Origin: Deltaproteobacteria bacterium
GTDB taxonomy: Bacteria > CG2-30-53-67
Length of the DNA: 47,239 nt
Assembly: GCA_013151235.1 (NCBI GenBank)
Contig: JAADIO010000033.1
Coordinates: forward strand, 62,001 to 109,239
Direction of reading: 5' to 3'
The position numbers and the translations under genes are program-made. The notes beneath the pieces were generated by a model. It ran no database searches, was not told the origin of the DNA, and saw only the letters and a list, made by a program, of their open reading frames with translations. Positions 42,647-47,239 of the stretch are shown in pieces (positions within the stretch are counted from its first letter, which is position 1; each line of letters begins with the position of its first letter).

Positions 42647-42805
42647 GATGAAGTCGTAAAAAGTCGTTTTCCGGATTCCGTTCATGGTTCGACAGGCTCA
42701 CCACGAACGGAATATCAATCACTTACACCGTTCGCTCGCCCTGAGCACGCCTGTCCTGAGCCGGTCGAAGGGTCGAAGGGCTTTGTGACTTTTTACGAGA
42801 CCATC
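42647..42805. mobile_element. MITE-like element, copy 2 (159 bp, inverted relative to copy 1)
   Basis: Same TIRs as copy 1. Flanked by AACCAA at 42641-42646 and 42806-42811. Carries an extra 23-bp unit (42750-42772) and a 4-bp duplication. Confidence 0.88.
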
Positions 42806-43544
42806 AACCAATACGGCTGTCGACACAAAAAACCTGTCCCGTAACCCCCTCCAATCGTACCAGGTTCCCGACAAAAAGGAAAACCTCCCGGGGATCACAG
42901 AACCGGTGCAGACAGCTCTCCCGCAATGCCCTCGCACGAACCTGATCGGGGAGCCGCTTTGTCATGTCGGTCTCCATGAAACCGGGGCTGACGGCGTTCA
43001 CCCGGATATTCATCGGTCCTAATTCACGGGCCGCAGCGCGGGTCAGGCCGACCAATCCCGCCTTGGCGGCTGCATAATTCGCCTGACCGGTGCTCCCCCG
43101 CACCCCGGCAATGGAGACGATATTCACGATCCGGCCACCCCCCTGCTTTTCCATGACCGGCGTCACCCGGCGGATCAGGCGGAAGGGGGCGGAAAGGCAG
43201 GTTTCCATCACCGACGACCAGGCCCCCTCGGAGAGTGAGACCAACGGTCCGTCATGGATTTCTCCGGCATTGTTGATCAGGACATGCAGGCCGCCCCAGA
43301 TATCGAGAACCCGGTCGACCATTCGTGCTGCACTTTCCGGCACCGAAAGATCGGCCGCCACGGAAACAGCTTTCCCGCCATTCTCCCGGATCCGGCGGAC
43401 CGTCTCCTCCGCTGCATCACGATCCGACCGGAAATGAACCGCCACGCGATATCCGGAACGGGCGAAACCGATGGACAGAGTACGACCCAGTCCACGGGAA
43501 CCGCCGGTAACCAGAACGACTTCCTTTTCTTCCCCTGCCGTCAT
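42804..43544 (-). CDS. FabG-like SDR oxidoreductase (3-oxoacyl-ACP reductase family)
   Basis: TGGSRGLG, NNAG, YAAAK, VNAVSPG; start ATG 43544, 7 bp after the bioF stop. Confidence 0.88.
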   Translation of the reverse strand: MTAGEEKEVVLVTGGSRGLGRTLSIGFARSGYRVAVHFRSDRDAAEETVRRIRENGGKAVSVAADLSVPESAARMVDRVLDIWGGLHVLINNAGEIHDGPLVSLSEGAWSSVMETCLSAPFRLIRRVTPVMEKQGGGRIVNIVSIAGVRGSTGQANYAAAKAGLVGLTRAAARELGPMNIRVNAVSPGFMETDMTKRLPDQVRARALRESCLHRFCDPREVFLFVGNLVRLEGVTGQVFCVDSRIG

Positions 43545-43551
43545 CCGATCC

Positions 43552-44721
43552 TCACGCTCCCCTCCCGACCCGGTCAAGCGCTTTCTGCAGGGAGGAGACC
43601 ACCCATGCCATTTCCTCCGGGGTGTGGGTCGCCATCACCGAAAAGCGGAGCCTCGACCTCCCTTCGGGAACGGTCGGAGGACGAATGGCCGGCGCAAAAA
43701 TCCCCCGATCGAAAAGATCTCCGGCCACCCGAACCGCCTTTTCCGCCGGTCCGAGGATCACGGGAAAGATCGGCGTCTCCCGCGATACGGAGGAAAAACC
43801 TATCGATTCAAGCCCTTCCGCCAGAAACTCAATGTTCCGCCTGAGCCTCGCCCGAAGCTTTTCTCCCTCTTCTCCCTGAACGAGGGCAAGAGCCGCCGAG
43901 GAGGCCGCCAGGACCGCGGGGGGCAGGGCCGTGGAATAGATCAGCGGACGGGCCCTGTTGATCAGCATTTTGATCAGGTCCCTGCTTCCGGCAACGTAGG
44001 CGCCGAAGGAACCGAAGGCCTTGCCGAGTGTCCCCATACGGAGGGTAATGCCGCTCTCCAGATCGAAATAATCGACCGCTCCCCTCCCCTTCTTCCCCAA
44101 CCAACCCGTGGCATGGGCCTCATCAAGATAGATGTGGGCATCATACCGTCCGGCGAGTTTCTCGATCGCGGGAAGCGGAGCAATATCGCCATCCATACTG
44201 AAGACACTCTCTGTGGCAATCCATCGAGCCCCACCACAAGTATTTGCTTTAAGTTTATTCTCCAACTCTTTGATATGTATATGTTTATACACAACGATAC
44301 CGGATCGTGAAAGACGACACCCGTCGATGATAGAGGCATGATTCAGCGCATCGCTGAAGATCCGACCCCCCTCCCGGGTAAGAGCGGAGAGTACACCGGT
44401 ATTTGCCGCATAACCGGAATTAAAGAGAAGGACCGCCTCACATCCCAAAAAGTCGGCGATCTCTTCCTCTAATTTCGCATGGAGCCGGGAGGTACCGGAA
44501 AGAAGACGCGAGGAACCACTGCCGGTCCCCCATTCGGCAATAGCCTCAGACGCTGCGGCTTTCAACACAGGATGCCCGGCCAGTCCCAGGTAATCATTGG
44601 AGGCGAGACAGATCAGGTCCCTCCCCCCGATCCGGATGCGGGAACCCTGGGGAGAATCGACCCTCTGCAGCCTTCGATAAAGCCCCTCGGTCTTCAACCA
44701 GGCAAGCGATTCTTTAAACAC
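43552..44721 (-). CDS. bioF: 8-amino-7-oxononanoate synthase
   Basis: SNDYLGL, SGYAAN, NHASIIDG, SMDGD, DEAH, TLGKAFG, IRPPTVP. Confidence 0.96.
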   Translation of the reverse strand: MFKESLAWLKTEGLYRRLQRVDSPQGSRIRIGGRDLICLASNDYLGLAGHPVLKAAASEAIAEWGTGSGSSRLLSGTSRLHAKLEEEIADFLGCEAVLLFNSGYAANTGVLSALTREGGRIFSDALNHASIIDGCRLSRSGIVVYKHIHIKELENKLKANTCGGARWIATESVFSMDGDIAPLPAIEKLAGRYDAHIYLDEAHATGWLGKKGRGAVDYFDLESGITLRMGTLGKAFGSFGAYVAGSRDLIKMLINRARPLIYSTALPPAVLAASSAALALVQGEEGEKLRARLRRNIEFLAEGLESIGFSSVSRETPIFPVILGPAEKAVRVAGDLFDRGIFAPAIRPPTVPEGRSRLRFSVMATHTPEEMAWVVSSLQKALDRVGRGA

Positions 44722-45493
44722 CGGGAACCTCCGTAATCAAACAGGGGACCGATTCCAGCTCCGTCACGATCGCCTTGATGGAAGCCGAGTCCTCAACAAA
44801 AAAAACCCGGCCGCCGAAAGTCTCCCCTTTTTCCTTAATTCGGGTGAGTCGAACATAGCCGACAGACCGGGAGGCGACATAACCCGTAGTGTAGTCAGGA
44901 TCATCGGAACAGCAAAGCTCAGCCACTATGCCGGGGGCGGCGGCCACCTTGGAGGCCAGGACCGACGCTTCCATGACCCGGGGATGATAGATTTTCAGAT
45001 TCCGCAACAGTCTTTCCAGATCATCCCTCGCCTTTTCCGTCAAGTCCATCCGGGTCACCCGGACCCCCCGTTCCCGGTCCGGTTCCAGACGGCGGCCGTT
45101 TCCGGCATGCATCAACATTGCCCCCCGCATGTTTCCGCCCGAAGGTGCGGCTCCCCGAGTAAGCTCATAAAAGGCCTGACTCACGGCTTCATGCGACACA
45201 CCGCACTTACGGAGCAAACCGGAAACATTCATCGCCGCCTCCCGGGGGCCTTGATGTTTCAGGGTCCGTACAGGAAGCAGTGGAATCTTCCGGATTGATG
45301 ATCGTTTGAGACGGTCCGCACCGAAGACAATGGAGGTCGGCTCTCCTCCCTTGTGCAACAGCGCACGCTCCGCCATCTTTGCCAACACCTGCGGAATGAC
45401 TTCCCTTGCTACGATCCGTTCAGCGCCACAGAGATGCTCTTCCCCGATGGAAGCGTGCATCCGGAGGCTGAAGAGTTCTTCTCTACGCTTCAT
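44714..45493 (-). CDS. bioW: 6-carboxyhexanoate (pimelate)-CoA ligase
   Basis: SLRMHAS, HLCGAER, MRGAML, RGVRVT, LASKV, SDDPDYTTGYVA, GGRVFF; lies between bioB and bioF. Confidence 0.9.
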   Translation of the reverse strand: MKRREELFSLRMHASIGEEHLCGAERIVAREVIPQVLAKMAERALLHKGGEPTSIVFGADRLKRSSIRKIPLLPVRTLKHQGPREAAMNVSGLLRKCGVSHEAVSQAFYELTRGAAPSGGNMRGAMLMHAGNGRRLEPDRERGVRVTRMDLTEKARDDLERLLRNLKIYHPRVMEASVLASKVAAAPGIVAELCCSDDPDYTTGYVASRSVGYVRLTRIKEKGETFGGRVFFVEDSASIKAIVTELESVPCLITEVPGV

Positions 45494-46488
45494 TATTCTC
45501 CCCCCTTCCCCGCCGCCGGACCTCCGGCAACCCGGAGCCCATGGGACGCAACCAGGACCCGGTCCTTTTCAGGCGCCGTCCCGGGCGTGGTCAGGTAATC
45601 CCCGGTCAGGAGTCCATCAATCCCGGCATCGAGCAATCTCCCCTGCTCTTTTCCGAGCTGGATTTCCCGTCCCGCACAGGCACGGATTTCGACTCCGGGA
45701 TGGATCAGGCGGAAGAGGGCAACGGTTTTCAGGATCTCCTCCCGCCCCATCGACTGCACGTCGGCCAGGGGGGTGCCGGGGATGGGATGGAGAAAATTAA
45801 GGGGGATGGAATCAACCTTCAGGTCCCGGAGGGTCAGGGCCATCTCCATCCGCTGTGCCATCGTCTCTCCCATGCCGAGGATCCCGCCGCAGCAGACCTC
45901 AAGACCCGCAGCCTTGGCATTCCGGACCGTCTTCAAACGGCGGTCGAAGGAGTGGGTCGTGCAAACAGCTGCATAAAAGCTGCGGGCCGTCTCGATGTTG
46001 TGATGATACCGGAGCAGACCGGCCTCCTTCAATGCCTTCAGTTCCGGGAGGTCCAGCGTCCCCAGTGAGGCACAGGGACGGATCCGCCCCGCCGCCCGCA
46101 TCTTCCGGAGCATGGCCTCGATCTTGCTCAGGTCCTCTCTCGTTGCCCTCCGACCACTGGTGACGATACAAAACAAATGCACCCCGTCACCTGCGGAACG
46201 ATCGGCCCCTTCGAGGATTTGTTCTTCCGGAATCAGGGGATAGGTTGAAACCCCGGTTTTGTGATGAGCCGACTGTGCACAAAAGCGGCAATCCTCACCG
46301 CAGCGGCCCGACTTGGCATTGATGATGGCACAAAGGCTCACCGCATCCCCCCGGAACCGTTCCCGAACCCGGCAGGCCGCCGCCATCAGCTCGGGAAGAT
46401 CCACCTGCACGAGGGCATTTGCCTCTTCCCAATTCAGGGAACCCCCCTCCTCGGCCTGTTGTATGAGTGTTCTGTATTTTTTCTGCAT
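45493..46488 (-). CDS. bioB: Biotin synthase
   Basis: CGEDCRFCAQS, YHHNIET, CCGGILGMGE, GDYLTT. Start taken at ATG 46488 (GGAG upstream) because a promoter occupies 46521-46549. Confidence 0.97.
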   Translation of the reverse strand: MQKKYRTLIQQAEEGGSLNWEEANALVQVDLPELMAAACRVRERFRGDAVSLCAIINAKSGRCGEDCRFCAQSAHHKTGVSTYPLIPEEQILEGADRSAGDGVHLFCIVTSGRRATREDLSKIEAMLRKMRAAGRIRPCASLGTLDLPELKALKEAGLLRYHHNIETARSFYAAVCTTHSFDRRLKTVRNAKAAGLEVCCGGILGMGETMAQRMEMALTLRDLKVDSIPLNFLHPIPGTPLADVQSMGREEILKTVALFRLIHPGVEIRACAGREIQLGKEQGRLLDAGIDGLLTGDYLTTPGTAPEKDRVLVASHGLRVAGGPAAGKGGE

Positions 46489-46520
46489 CAGGGTTTTCTC
46501 CGCTTCGATGGAATGAGGGA

Positions 46521-46549
46521 AGTGTATGACCTCTCCCACCGCTTGTCAA
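46521..46549 (-). promoter_or_regulatory. Putative sigma70 promoter of the bio operon
   Basis: TTGACA-17 bp-TACACT on the minus strand. Confidence 0.7.
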
Positions 46550-46572
46550 TACGGAAGGAAAGCCGCTTGACA
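46544..46572. promoter_or_regulatory. Candidate BirA operator
   Basis: TGTCAA-N17-TTGACA palindrome upstream of bioB, with the spacing of TGTxAAC-N15-GTTxACA BirA sites; the inner positions mismatch. Confidence 0.45.
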
Positions 46573-46594
46573 GAAATGGAAGGTACGGTAAACT
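46567..46594 (+). promoter_or_regulatory. Putative sigma70 promoter of sod
   Basis: TTGACA-16 bp-TAAACT. Confidence 0.6.
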
Positions 46595-46685
46595 GTGAAC
46601 CAATCCTTTCACACGACCGGGAAGGACGCAAGCAGACGGACTTTTCAGGAAGCCGCCGAACCGAACCATTTCCAAAGGAGGCAAC

Positions 46686-47239
46686 ATGTCCATCACACTA
46701 CCGGAACTACCCTATGCAAAAGATGCCCTGGAACCCCATATCAGTGCAAGGACCCTGGAGTTCCACTACGGAAAACACCACAATGCCTATGTGACGAATG
46801 CAAATAAGCTACTGGAAGGAACGGAGCTGGCCTCGGCATCCATCAAGGAGATCCTGCAGAAAACGGCCGGGGACAACTCCAAGGCAGGGATCTTCAACAA
46901 TGTCGCCCAGGTCTTCAATCACTCCTTCTACTGGCAGTGCATGAAACCGGGCGGCGGCGGGACTCCCTCAGGCCCGATCGCGGACAGGATCCATGCCGCC
47001 TTTGGCAGCACCGAAAAATTCGTCGAGGAATTCAAAACCGCCGGGGCCACGCAGTTCGGCAGCGGCTGGGCCTGGCTGGTACTGAAAGAAGGGGAGCTTG
47101 CCGTCATTAAGACAGCCAATGCCGACACCCCCATTGCACACGGCATCACGCCCCTTCTGACGGTCGACGTCTGGGAACATGCCTATTATCTCGACTACCA
47201 GAACCGCAGGCCCGACTACCTGAGTACTTTTGTGGACAA
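46686..47239 (+). CDS. sodB: Superoxide dismutase, Fe-type; partial, runs off the right edge
   Basis: Not in the ORF track. AAGGAGG RBS; MSITLPELPYAKDALEPHIS..HYGKHH..FNNVAQVFNHSFYW..FGSGWAWL..DVWEHAYY. AQ (rather than GG) before the second His ligand suggests Fe specificity. Confidence 0.95.
   Translation, partial: MSITLPELPYAKDALEPHISARTLEFHYGKHHNAYVTNANKLLEGTELASASIKEILQKTAGDNSKAGIFNNVAQVFNHSFYWQCMKPGGGGTPSGPIADRIHAAFGSTEKFVEEFKTAGATQFGSGWAWLVLKEGELAVIKTANADTPIAHGITPLLTVDVWEHAYYLDYQNRRPDYLSTFVD

Noticed and set aside
42719-42937. ORF ending [11 protein letters not shown]...ERCK, shared with the end of ORF 1942-2856
   Set aside because: The shared peptide is only read-through into the MITE sequence, not a protein family.

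Overview
A GC-rich bacterial chromosomal segment, mostly housekeeping. Gene content and order suggest a deltaproteobacterial (Desulfobacterota-like) organism; this is inference. Left to right: a partial metallophosphoesterase; an FMN-riboswitch-controlled ribD-ribE-ribBA-ribH-nusB operon (-); SH3b and LTA-synthase/sulfatase-family genes; a three-gene split glutamate synthase; an orphan multidomain CheZ-like protein; lptFG; an RCK K+ channel, M23 peptidase, CoA-binding protein, YciO/Sua5 and DUF4388 genes; a Lys-rich histone-H1-like gene; a long pyr operon (pyrR-pyrB-pyrC-carA-radical SAM-carB-greA-pyrK-kup-pyrD) ending in a UshA-like tetraheme cytochrome gene; lepA-lepB; a His-rich membrane protein coupled to a Cys-rich histidine kinase; mtaB; bioB-bioW-bioF-SDR; and a partial Fe-SOD. 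No rRNA, tRNA, CRISPR array or transposase was seen. The most notable signals are: (1) a REC/GAF-like-CheZ fusion; (2) a pyr leader with an 18-codon uORF ending inside a terminator, upstream of a PyrR that appears to have lost its RNA-binding residues; (3) two MITE copies with 6-bp target duplications at stop codons, carrying covarying REP-like hairpins, one nested inside another; (4) a kinase with a 9-Cys module inserted in a HAMP-like linker; (5) the UshA-like multiheme protein. All family assignments come from motif recognition by eye; no searches were run.
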